Both the position numbers and the translations under genes were made by a program. The notes beneath the pieces were generated by a model. The model searched no databases. It saw only the letters and a list, made by a program, of their open reading frames with translations, and had not been told where the DNA came from. A DNA stretch of 64,000 nt from Aplysia californica (lineage: Eukaryota): NCBI RefSeq assembly GCF_000002075.1, contig NW_004797643.1, positions 33,085-97,084 on the forward strand. The letters are read 5' to 3'. Every line of letters begins with the position of its first letter. The first letter of the stretch is position 1. Shown here piece after piece: positions 50,101 to 58,893 of this stretch.

Positions 50101-52959
50101 TAGTGGGTGGTTGGCAGGTGCTCTGGTGTTGTTGACTCCTTCTTTCCTATCAGACATCTATGGTCTTTATATATTTTTTTCCTTTAACAAATTTGGGGTT
50201 TTTTTGTTTGTTAATGATACTCTCTAGTAGCACTCATTATCTTCAATACCTGTATGACCTAGCGGTGTTGCAAGTACTGTGAAACTCTTACACCAAAACT
50301 AGGACTTACCCAGTGGCCTTGAACTTCCTCAGGGTGACAACCAGGTGCGCGTGGTGTCGGAGGATGGGGAGCCATTTGAACTTTCCCCCGAGACCATCAT
50401 CGTCCAGCAACAGGACGGTCAGCTACTTCTGACCAACGAGGCGGCCGGGGCCATGGCTGGGGGGCAATACGTCATACAGTACTACAACCCGGGGGAAATG
50501 GTGAGTATGTGTGGGTGTGCGCGCATGTGTGTGTATGTCTTGGGGGGGGGGGGGTATGTCATACAGAGCTGCAACCCAGGAGATGCGGTGTGTGTGGGTG
50601 TGCGCGCATGTGTGTGTATGTGAGGGTAGGGTTTTAGGGAGGGATACGTCATACAGCACTACAACCCAGGGGAAATGGTGAGTATGTTTGTGTGTGGGTA
50701 GGGTTTGGGGGGGGGGGGGGGGGAGACAGTTTGTTATACAGTAGAGGTATTACAGCTACAACCCAGGAATTATGATGAATGTATAGGAGGGATGTTCAAT
50801 AAGTCTTTACCCCGGCTATGAAAGAAGCAAGAAAGAGAGTTTAAATTTGACACCCACAATGCAGCTTCTGTTCATAGAGTTAGAGACAACCTGCAAATTA
50901 TGTGGTTTAATTATGGGAAGACCCGGGTCGGCGATCCCAAAGAATATTATATCAATAAAAATTTTTTAAATATCTAATTTTTGTTTTTTGCTGAAAAACA
51001 TCCCTTGACATCTGTTCTATCGGGTCACAATGATGAAACTGTTGAAAAAACACCCTAAATGACCTAAAAGGGCGTTTGAAAAAATCAACAAATTCACGAA
51101 TCGTACATTTACCTATGAACTTCTTGCACAATGACATGAAAGTGAATACAAGTATTTCGTTTAGAAAATTTGTCCGGGAGTGCACGTCTCCCTTTTAAGT
51201 TTAGGCCGGTGCTACTGGCCTGATCTCGGGTGGCCTGTAGGGAATTTCTGTGACCTCGGGTGGCAAGCATTTTCTGCCCACTTGGAGCCAGTCATCTATA
51301 TCTAGTCTTAGATACGGGGTGCCCACTACGGCTGGATCGGGCCGATCGCCTGAAACTGAAAACAAACAAGGTTTCCCTCGTGAGTTGACTAGATACCCTA
51401 GATCTATCACCCTTTATTTAATTATCTTTCATCGGAATGTCGGTGACAAAGTTACTAACAATAAAATGCAGTGTCGTGATGTTATTAAAGATTGTCTAAC
51501 TACTACCAAGATGTTTCAATTACCCTATCTCGCATCCGAACGAGACTTGGACGCTAGATCTACTTCGTCTTAGCGCGTGACGGCCCGTGATACGAGTGTA
51601 AACAAACGTTCCAGCGCTGAGTTGAAAGCGGGAAATTTTGTCTGCGGGCAGAGAGAGAAAGAGAGAGAGGGGGGAGAGAAAGAAAGAGAGAGGGAGAATG
51701 AGAAAGAGAGAGGGAGAGAAAGAGGTGGGGGGGGGGAGATTTTTGGTTATTAGAATTACTGATTCCTGTTGTTTTCTCTCTGCGTCGATTCACAAACTGA
51801 CCCAGTGCAATACAGTCATTATTGTACTCATTATGCCTAGTCCTATGACATGTATTATAATAATGCCATGTTGACCATCCGACTTTTGACTTTGAGGACA
51901 AGGAGAAGTGACCGAGTGACTGAATCTTGCGCGATTTCTAAAGGAGCATGCGCAGAAATTCCCACAGGCCAGAACACGGAACAAGCGCAGAAATCCCCAC
52001 GTGCAAGAAGCTGCAGACTAGGCAGGGCTAATCGAGCGAATTCATTCGCCTGGAACATGCGCAGAAATCCCCACCGGCCTGTAGCGCCAGGCTACTTGAC
52101 CGAGATCGGGCGACTAGCCACTCCGTTTAGTTTAAGCAGACTCCAGTTTAATTAAATTGAGTTAGCGAGAAAAAAATGTTGTGACTTGTGTTGTTCTCTC
52201 TTGTTTCAGCCGCCTGGGGCGGAGTCGAGTGTCGCCGCAAGCAGCTCCGGTGGGGAGGTACAGCTGGCACCCGCACCGCCAGACGCCGGTCAGTCCATCC
52301 AGTTCCTAACCGCTCCCCAGGACCAGGGGGCGCAGTTTATCATGACCCCGGGTGTGCACCGGCAGATCCTGACCTCTGAAGGTCAAGCACAGATTCTCAC
52401 CCCTGAAGGTCAAACTCAGATCCTGACCTCTGAAGGTCAAGCACAGATTTTGACCTCTGAAGGTCAGGCTCAAATCTTGACCTCTGAAGGTCAGCCTCAG
52501 ATTCTGACCTCTGATGGTCAAGCGCAGATCTTAACCTCTGATGGTCAAGCACAGATCTTAACCTCTGAAGGTCAAGCTCAGATTTTGACCTCTGGTGGTC
52601 AGGCTCAAATCTTGACCTCTGAAGGTCAACCTCGTATACTGACCTCTAACGGTCAAGCTCAGATTTTAGCCAGCAGCGATGGACAAACCCAGATCATCTA
52701 CCCAGAGGACGGCAGTGGGGGTCAGCTGATAGCCATCGAGGGCAGCGGACATCTGCTGTCAGCTGGGGGAGAGAGGGAGGCGGCCGGTCAGTTTGTGGTC
52801 AACACGGACCTGGACACCATCAGCGAGCACCTCATCATCTCTGACCCCGGGGGTCGTGGAGAAGTCCTGGAGGGGGAGGGTGGGGATGATCCCGGCGGGG
52901 CCAGAACTTCGCAGCAGCTGGACGGGTTTACCATCTCTACTGGTGCCGAAGACTCGTAG
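29398..52959 (+). CDS. ZFAT: ZFAT-like zinc finger and AT-hook protein; spliced gene with 23 visible coding exons plus at least one in a gap
   Basis: Finger order and unusual fingers match vertebrate ZFAT as I recall it: CHVCNRKFKKRIDRDRHL, ECEFCGRLFY..YEPHVRTHT, KCPHC..F.RANSDLQKHIWIHEGIKPF, ACRSKNNLQAHMLRHSTEK, and AVSLIQQLL near the C-terminus. All introns are GT-AG with matching phases, except across the gap. Confidence 0.88.
30143..30490 (+). CDS. ZFAT: ZFAT-like exon 2
   Basis: gtacag|AT ... AAAA|gtaagc; phase 1/1. Confidence 0.8.
31929..32021 (+). CDS. ZFAT: ZFAT-like exon 3 (AT-hook-like KKRRGRSK)
   Basis: caacag|AG ... CCA|gtaaga; phase 1/1. An alternative in-phase donor near 32048 is possible. 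Confidence 0.7.
32783..32975 (+). mobile_element. tRNA-derived SINE, family S1
   Basis: tctgtggtgtagc head; cctcctaaatgatctaaactgtgttgatgggg tail. Confidence 0.7.
33028..33162 (+). CDS. ZFAT: ZFAT-like exon 4 (C2HC finger)
   Basis: CPQCKRTFAKERHFNTHKC; phase 1/1. Confidence 0.82.
33385..33620. repeat. ~27 bp minisatellite (tgtgttgtttgtctatgagtgtgtcac)
   Basis: Visible tandem units. Confidence 0.8.
33629..33843 (+). CDS. ZFAT: ZFAT-like exon 5 (acidic tract plus KRKKKRGRKRKR nuclear localisation signal)
   Basis: gtacag|GT ... GAG|gtgggt; phase 1/0. Confidence 0.8.
34140..35548 (+). mobile_element. Degenerate hAT-like DNA transposon in a ZFAT intron
   Basis: CAGGG...CCCTG ends; MGK..F...W-like start at 34962; catalytic-block remnant FYVILFDESLNIDNGEKQLD at 35421-35480. 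Target duplication not preserved. Confidence 0.65.
35938..36075 (+). CDS. ZFAT: ZFAT-like exon 6
   Basis: gacag|TTT ... CAG|gtaacg; phase 0/0. Confidence 0.75.
37402..37637 (+). CDS. ZFAT: ZFAT-like exon (C2H2 fingers)
   Basis: cccag|GA, encoding NLYTHMRKHTG...; donor CAG|gtcaga; phase 1/0. Confidence 0.88.
38075..38203 (+). CDS. ZFAT: ZFAT-like exon
   Basis: CHVCNRKFKKRIDRDRHLFIH; phase 0/0. Confidence 0.88.
38638..38736 (+). CDS. ZFAT: ZFAT-like exon
   Basis: CELCDYWASRKIYLDKHYLKHRVIYCCALCDEK; phase 0/0. Confidence 0.88.
39319..39425 (+). CDS. ZFAT: ZFAT-like exon
   Basis: FLSTIKLSEHLSSSH...ECINR; phase 0/2. Confidence 0.85.
39490..39673 (-). mobile_element. tRNA-derived SINE, family S1
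   Basis: Reverse complement of the S1 head and body. Confidence 0.7.
39825..40200 (-). mobile_element. Dispersed retroelement 3'-end fragment, family R
   Basis: Matches 25090-25400 in reverse; an adjacent poly(T) run corresponds to an A-rich tail. Confidence 0.65.
40386..40948 (+). CDS. ZFAT: ZFAT-like exon (Thr/Ser-rich linker)
   Basis: tccag|G, encoding SLYLPEP...; donor AAAG|gtacag; phase 2/1. Confidence 0.78.
41328..41645 (+). CDS. ZFAT: ZFAT-like exon (acidic linker)
   Basis: ccccag|AT ... GAAG|gtgaga; phase 1/1. Confidence 0.8.
41900..42105 (-). mobile_element. tRNA-derived SINE, family S1
   Basis: Reverse complement of the S1 body. Confidence 0.65.
42627..42899 (+). CDS. ZFAT: ZFAT-like exon (NAGNAG acceptor)
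   Basis: accag|TAG; encodes ECEFCGRLFYSKVDYEPHVRTHT; donor CAG|gtgagg; phase 1/1. Confidence 0.85.
43311..43524 (+). CDS. ZFAT: ZFAT-like exon
   Basis: DKPFACAHC...CPRCSCKFDG; phase 1/2. Confidence 0.88.
43545..43810 (-). mobile_element. Dispersed retroelement 3'-end fragment, family R
   Basis: Matches 39825-40090. Confidence 0.65.
45256..45474. mobile_element. TTAA-flanked MITE (Kolobok-like), family K copy 2
   Basis: TTAA|GGACAAGCAGGCTA...TAGCTCCCTTGTGC|TTAA. Confidence 0.75.
45513..45616 (+). CDS. ZFAT: ZFAT-like exon
   Basis: MKQLRAHILNQH...PLGRM; phase 2/1. Confidence 0.86.
46097..46245 (+). CDS. ZFAT: ZFAT-like exon
   Basis: RRSFKCPHC...SDLQKHIWIHEGIKPFACPIC; phase 1/0. Confidence 0.9.
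46512..46650 (+). mobile_element. tRNA-derived SINE, family S1 (3' truncated)
   Basis: gcgtctgtggtg head and the shared S1 body. Confidence 0.7.
46997..47127 (+). CDS. ZFAT: ZFAT-like exon
   Basis: AHMLRHSTEKPFSCSECGK; phase 0/2. Confidence 0.9.
47461..47605 (+). CDS. ZFAT: ZFAT-like exon
   Basis: CPYEATQQSHLKRHMETH...HYARHHK; phase 2/0. Confidence 0.9.
47918..48109 (+). CDS. ZFAT: ZFAT-like exon (last finger)
   Basis: FKCLSCGYLFGNLSDLKRHLKIRH; phase 0/0. Confidence 0.88.
48209..48477. mobile_element. MITE with a 7-bp flanking direct repeat (P- or hAT-type)
   Basis: TGTTACT|CAGACCTGCCACTC...GAATGGCAAGACTG|TGTTACT; internal tcccgatttt repeats. Confidence 0.75.
48485..48670 (+). mobile_element. 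tRNA-derived SINE, family S1 (degenerate)
   Basis: Shared cctcctaaatgatttaaattgtgtc...taaaaacac tail. Confidence 0.6.
49062..49155 (+). CDS. ZFAT: ZFAT-like exon
   Basis: catcag|GTG, encoding VVQYEDTANAAT...; donor G|gttcgt; phase 0/1. Confidence 0.72.
49381..49472 (+). CDS. ZFAT: ZFAT-like exon
   Basis: ctccag|CG; encodes ...SAVSLIQQLLGMSQ; donor |gtcagg; phase 1/0. Confidence 0.75.
50333..50500 (+). CDS. ZFAT: ZFAT-like exon
   Basis: GDNQVRVVSEDG...YVIQYYNPGEM; donor |gtgagt; phase 0/0. Confidence 0.8.
52210..52959 (+). CDS. ZFAT: ZFAT-like last coding exon
   Basis: tttcag|CCG, phase 0; open to the TAG at 52957-52959. Confidence 0.82.
   Translation, partial: PPGAESSVAASSSGGEVQLAPAPPDAGQSIQFLTAPQDQGAQFIMTPGVHRQILTSEGQAQILTPEGQTQILTSEGQAQILTSEGQAQILTSEGQPQILTSDGQAQILTSDGQAQILTSEGQAQILTSGGQAQILTSEGQPRILTSNGQAQILASSDGQTQIIYPEDGSGGQLIAIEGSGHLLSAGGEREAAGQFVVNTDLDTISEHLIISDPGGRGEVLEGEGGDDPGGARTSQQLDGFTISTGAEDS
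52363..52698 (+). repeat. Coding 27-bp minisatellite, ~12 copies of QILTSEGQA
   Basis: cagatyytgacctctgaaggtcargcw units, in frame. Confidence 0.92.
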
Positions 52960-52975
52960 ATCTGACCTACAGTAC

Positions 52976-53182
52976 CGCGTCTGTGGTGTAGCGGTTAGGT
53001 GCTTCACTGTCGTTCTCCGGAGACCTGAATTCAATTCCAGAGTGAGGAGAATTTTTGTTGAGTATTTAGGTCTTTCTGCTGGGATGTTGTATCCCTTTCA
53101 GCCTGGGTTGGCTTTCACGGGTAGGGTCAGAAGCAGCCTCCTAAATGATCTAAATTGTGTCAATGAGGGCGTTAAAACACTT
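52976..53182 (+). mobile_element. tRNA-derived SINE, family S1; most complete copy, just after the ZFAT stop
   Basis: TGGTGTAGCGG A box, TTCAATTCC B box, full body and gcgttaaaacactt tail. Confidence 0.85.
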
Positions 53183-53814
53183 ACATTTTAATTTGATTTA
53201 GACCAGGCATGCAGTGTCATCCTTTGTTGTGCCTGGACTGTGGGGTCAGATGGGAGGGACTCGCCATGAATGAGAGTCTTGTTAGCATAAGTGTAGCATT
53301 CTATCAGTTGCCTTTCTACCTCATATCACAGTGAATGTTCAATGGTCTGATGATGTTTCCAATGGTGACAATCTCACTTTTATTTCAAGTTCAAGGTGAC
53401 TTGACTGGTAGCGCCCCCCTGTTCAAGTAAAATTCTAAATAAGGGGGGGGGGGGGTGTTCCTGATTAACATAATAACATACTTGGTTGAAATGCTTAATT
53501 ATCAGATCAATTACAAATCCAGGTAGGCTACCATACAGAATGTCAAAGTTCATTCCTGTAGGTTTACCACTACTTGTCTGTAAGAAGGAGAATGTTACTG
53601 TTTAAGTTTAAGGATGTTATAATATAATTTGAATTGATTCTGTTGTGTGGATTCCATTTGTCAAAATCTATAGATTGTTGCTAACGTTACCTCATTGCTT
53701 ATTAACAGCTGTGTGGGTCCTGTAGAATCGGTGTCATGTGGTGAGAGGTTAGAGAATACTTTGGCAGGTGTGGAAGTCTTCATGAAGTTAGTAGTTTTAG
53801 TACTTGCGTTTGAG

Positions 53815-54010
53815 GAGAAGCATAGCGCTTAAGCACTTCACTGTTGCATGCAGGAGGCCAGAGATCGATTCCCAAGAGGGGAGAATTTTTATCGGGTATC
53901 TGATCTCGATGTTTCTCCTGAAATGTTGTATCCCTCTCAGCTCTTTTGCCGCCGACAGGCAGAGTTGGAAGCTCATTTGCTAAATTCTGTCGACTGAGGT
54001 GTAAAAACAG
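53815..54010 (+). mobile_element. tRNA-derived SINE, family S1
   Basis: GATCGATTCCC B-box variant and the shared S1 body. Confidence 0.65.
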
Positions 54011-54661
54011 TTAAACTAACTCTCTCCCCCCCCCCCCCCCCCCCCCCCCCAATCTTTATGACAGGCCAGCCCGTGGTTGGTAGACAGGTCAATGCCAGCT
54101 GCCACCTTGGTTCTCAGAGAAAAAGTGTGAAGTGTAGGCCTACCAGTCTACAGACTACTACCCACCACTAAGATAAAGAAGACTTGCACAAAATGTGAGT
54201 CGTGATGTACACGAGCCCAGCACTACAACAGATGGGCTAGAAATAAAGAATGCACTGTGGGATTTTCTCTCTCTTAACCGAATGTTTGGAAAAAGTGAAT
54301 TAAAACAGAAAGTGGGATTAAAGAATGTTCATTATATGTTGGTGTTTTTACGCCCTTATCGACATATCGAGGAGCCAAGTATTGCTTAGGCCAGAGGGAG
54401 GAAGTGAGGTTTAAAAATAGCCTGGAGCTAAGTGTAAGGGTTAATGTACCAAGAAAGTATTAATGGACGGTGGTATTAATGATTTTCTGATGCTGATATG
54501 TATAGTCAGTTGTTCAGTCCGTGGTGATGTACATAGTACATAGTATATGTATGTGGTGAGGGGCCCCTGTGCCAACTTGCTGTTGATTATGTCGTGTGTG
54601 TTTCAGCTGTTTTCTGTACGGTATAAATTATGATTGAAAGTGAAAGGAGTTTTCTTTGTGC

Positions 54662-54667
54662 AATAAA
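54662..54667 (+). other. Candidate poly(A) signal of the ZFAT-like gene
   Basis: AATAAA ending a UTR-like stretch 1.7 kb past the stop. An earlier AATAAA occurs near 54242. Confidence 0.35.
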
Positions 54668-55070
54668 GTTGATAACATATTCATACTTGCAAATGGCTTG
54701 AATTCAAATTACTTATATTTGACGGCAAAGTTTTCCTCACACAAGAGACGAAAAACAAGAAAAAACTAGCACTAGGTAAAACGAACTGACCCCGTCGTTT
54801 TATGCAAGAAAAATTCTGAAATGATGCAAAATGAGCCCAAAAATGTGAAATTATGCGATTCTGTTAATTTTAACCAAGAATGATAAAAAGGAAAATAATA
54901 AGAAATTGTGCAAAAAAAATCGAATTTGGCTAAATTGTGCGGGGTGCTTAAAACCACGGGGACAGAACGAAACAGTTGTCACTAGTATCGGGCGCTCACA
55001 GCCTTGGATGGGGAACAGGGTTACTACCGCCGGACGCTCCCAGTCAGGGTCTGTTGGGGTGTAAAGAGTT

Positions 55071-55474
55071 TTAAGCGGGCATTACGCATATTTTAAAACA
55101 GACTGCTGTTTGTTCTCTCTTAAATAATATTATAAGAAAATAATACATGATGTCATTCATATTAGATCTATGTTACTTCATTTTTTTGGTTATATTCAAA
55201 ATCCAGCGGGAAAAAGAGTCGCCCGCCAGTCTTTGTTAATTTTGACGGACTGGTACCAAATTTGGTATTATTTTTACGATAGGAAATAATTTTCAATAAG
55301 TTTATAAACGAGAATTTTATCACATGTTGGCAGCAGAACTTGCTAGATTAAAGATCACAACAACAAAAAGTGATTTTATTAAGTTATTTTAACAAGGTTG
55401 CATCATGTTTTATTTTGTTACCACAAAGAAGACAAACAATGTCAGTTTAAACTAAAAATGTAATACCCCCTTTA
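55071..55474. mobile_element. TTAA-flanked MITE (Kolobok-like)
   Basis: TTAAGCGGGCATTACGCATATTTT ... AAAAATGTAATACCCCCTTTA imperfect TIRs. Confidence 0.5.
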
Positions 55475-56952
55475 GAAATGCATCATAGGACGCTACTTAA
55501 CGAAGCGCCCACAGTATGGTAGCCTATTTGGAAACCATCCCGTCTCCAAACAAGAAGTCAAAATTCCATTTAAAATATGTGTAGGAGTTTACTTTATTTC
55601 AACATTACTGTGTCAGATGCTTGCTGCACAGTATCAGGAAATAATTTATTTGACAAAATTTTTTTTAATCTCCATGTTCTAGCAAGTTTATCTCTAGTAC
55701 TAGTAGGCTACATCAGTGGTGGATGTCAGTCCTGCAGTGGGCAGTTGGCATAAAATAAAAATTAAACAAATACAGTCGGGCAGAGATAGCTCTAACATGT
55801 ACATGTAAAACTTGAAATCAAGGACAGGTTGTACAATCAGCCATTCCCCAACTGCTATGTTTTATTTTTCGTTAACGGTTAATCTGATTGATGGATGTGT
55901 CAACACATATATTTATCAATCCACGACGCGTTTGAGTTATATATCTATGCCCCACTATACACTGTATGACTGTATGATATCAGCATCAGTCAGTACATCT
56001 CATAGTAATAGTAAAACAAGGACACTTTTTTTTCTGTAAGAGTTTTACAGCACTTGCAAAACAAATAGCTTAAATTTTAAGTGCTGAAGATTAAAGGAGT
56101 AACAAAAGAGTAACAAACACAAAAAAGAAGGAAAGAAAACGAAAATAGATGTTTAATAGGAAAGAAGGAGCAGACCACACCAGATGTTTAGTTTTAGTAG
56201 AAGTTTTACGGCACTTGCAACACAATAAGGTCATATATACGTGCTGAAGATTACAGGTGTTACAAGAGACTAACAAACACAAAAAAGAATGAGGAGAGTT
56301 TTAGTTTTAGTAGAGGTTTTACGGCCCTCGCAACTGCATAAGGACATATGAGCGCCAGAAGATTAGAATTAGAGGTGTTGCAAGAGAGTAACGAACATAA
56401 AAAAGAAGAAGGGGAGATAAGGACGATAGATGTTTGATAGGAAAGAAGAAGCAAACCACACCAGAACCACCCATATACAGAGACATGATGTAATGCAAAA
56501 AATTGCACACAATATATAATACCTGTCACAGGATTTATGGATATTCTATTAATTTATTTTGTTCAGCGATGAATTTCTACACCGCATGAACACTGCTCCA
56601 TGTGGCATGTAGTTCTTTTTGAAAAAAATAATAAATGTAGGTAATTTTTACGCCCCAATCAACACAATTTCAATCAATTAGGAGGCGGGCTTCCTACCAT
56701 CAGCCTCTGGCAAGTAGATTTGACAGAATATGATGAAATCACAAAATTTAATGTATACACATTACAGTACACACATACATAAACTCATACCGTACTCAAA
56801 AAGTAACCTCACACAAATAGCTACAGAGTAGCTACACACACACAAAACACTTAGAGTAACTGCACATACACAGAACTCAAAAGAGTGGTTTACACACACA
56901 CAGAGAACTCACAGATTAATTACAAACTCACTCAGAACTCATTATATTATAT

Positions 56953-57551
56953 GGAAGAGGCTAGCCGTACTTAATGACGGCTAGACTGGCAGTCTAGCCG
57001 TACTTAAGTACGGCTAGACTGTAAGTCTAGCCGTACTTATTCTTAATATGATGGCTAGACTGACCATTTACAAAAAATAGGCCTACTGAATTGTAAATAT
57101 ACATTTTTAGTGTGCAGTACCTAAAGTATTTGTATTTGAGACAAAACCAGGTTCCTTAATGACAGTGCATGTATTTTAAACCTCCTGTTTTCTAATGTAA
57201 ATAGGGCCTAAGATAGGTACGGCTAGACTGGCAGTCTAGCCGTACTTAAGTACGGGTAGACAGCCAGGCTAGCCGTACTTAAGGACGGCTAGACTGTCAG
57301 TCTAGCCGTACTTAACATTGATGGCTGAATTGTAAATGAAAATTTTAGTTTGCAATGCCTAAAGTATTTGTATTTCAGACAAAACCAAAAGGTGCCTTAC
57401 TGACTTGCATGTATTTGAACCTGAATAATAACTAGATCTAGATCTCATGAGACCTGTGTACTTAACAGGATTGAGTCGATTGGGCCAAACCTAGATCTAA
57501 GTACGGCTAGACTGGCGGTCTAGCCGTACTTAAGTACGGCTAGCCACTTCG
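56953..57551. mobile_element. Mutator-type foldback MITE with a 9-bp target site duplication
   Basis: ATATTATAT|GGAAGAGGCTAGCCG...CGGCTAGCCACTTCG|ATATTATAT; internal arrays of the palindrome AGTCTAGCCGTACTTAAGTACGGCTAGACT. Confidence 0.85.
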
Positions 57552-58744
57552 ATATTATATTAATTACAAACACACTCAGAACTCATGATTCATAGTCATA
57601 GATTAACTACACACACACATGATACAGAACTCATAGAGTAATAACACATACAGAGAGAGAACTCATAAAATAGAGTTTCCCATCTCTTCAGCCAGTGAGA
57701 CTGTCACTGACAAATACTTGTCTGCAACACATCCGACATTATGTAATGAGAAAAAAGACAACGGCATAACCTTGAGTTAAAAATAATAAAATCTGTTGTG
57801 ATTTGAAAGAGCATCAATAATAATACTATACTGCTATAATTTTTAAAAATACAGTAGGCCCTACTTGCAGTTTGTACAATTTTACAGGAGAGCCTAATTA
57901 CGTAATATTGTAATCAAGAAAACAAATTCTTTGCAAACATCCCAAGAAAATATTTTAAAGAACACATTTCTGATAACTTTTTTATTATCTTTCAAGCAAA
58001 TGTTTTATTGGTAACAACATTTATTTTGGCTGCATTTACTGTATTTTAAAAAATGACGGCAGTATATTTACAAGAGTTAAAAAAGAAAGACTGGAATGAC
58101 TCATTGTTCATTAATATATACAAGAGCTGTTCTAACACTACCACTGTGCTATGGATGTCTAATGTTGCTATTATATAAAAATACAGCACATGTATTCGTA
58201 AAGGGTTTTTCTGCTGTCAAGCAATTTTCTTCTTACAACTTGTAATAACAGCTGCACTTACTTAAACATATTAATGGTATCAAATTTAGCTTGCTTTCGC
58301 TAGATAATGATGGTATTGTGGCATATATAAATGAAACAATTGAATAAAGTCAGCCACTATATATATATATAAAAGTACTATATAAAAGAAGCTTCACAAA
58401 TCGACAGCTAAAAACAGAAGCCATCAAAATATAAATCATCTCCCTAAAAACTTTCAGTTGTCAGGCTACATCTCTACATTGTAGTTGTAGACGAACACAT
58501 CAATCGAAGAACGTTTTCCATCTCAATACCGGTAAACTGTAAGTAAACAGAAAACAGCAGATAGAAATTTTGTAAGACGGTTTCATGGAGGTGGAGTTCA
58601 TGTACTGATTTCTCCCTATTGCTATAAATTATAAATAATTCACAGTAATCTTCAACTTCAATTGCACAAAAAGATGTTGACTTTTCACACAAGCAAATCA
58701 CAAACATCAGAAATTCATCCACACACTAGGAGTGAGACGCAACG

Positions 58745-58893
58745 TTAAGAGTCTTTTCTCTGGCGTTTCTCTCTCCGACTCCTCAGCTCCGCCTTCTTGC
58801 TAGGGTCACTTTTAGCTCCATCATTGTCAGGGAAGATAATTTCTCTGACAAAGCGAATTTTGGAGAAAAACAGGTGCCACATGATCATCCAAG
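58745..58893 (-). CDS. SMIM13: Last coding exon of a small integral membrane protein 13-like gene
   Basis: Minus-strand acceptor ttttcattttcctcag|CT, phase 1, then WMIMWHLFFSKIRFVREIIFPDNDGAKSDPSKKAELRSRREKRQRKDS*. This resembles the SMIM13 motif WYFVWHLFLSKFKFLRELV as I recall it. The upstream transmembrane exon was not identified in the window. Confidence 0.8.

Noticed and set aside
52976-53050. tRNA gene
   Set aside because: It is the head of a multi-copy SINE, with no intact cloverleaf.
56953-57551. CRISPR-like palindromic repeat array
   Set aside because: Eukaryotic context, no unique spacers, and TIRs plus a 9-bp target duplication identify it as a MITE.
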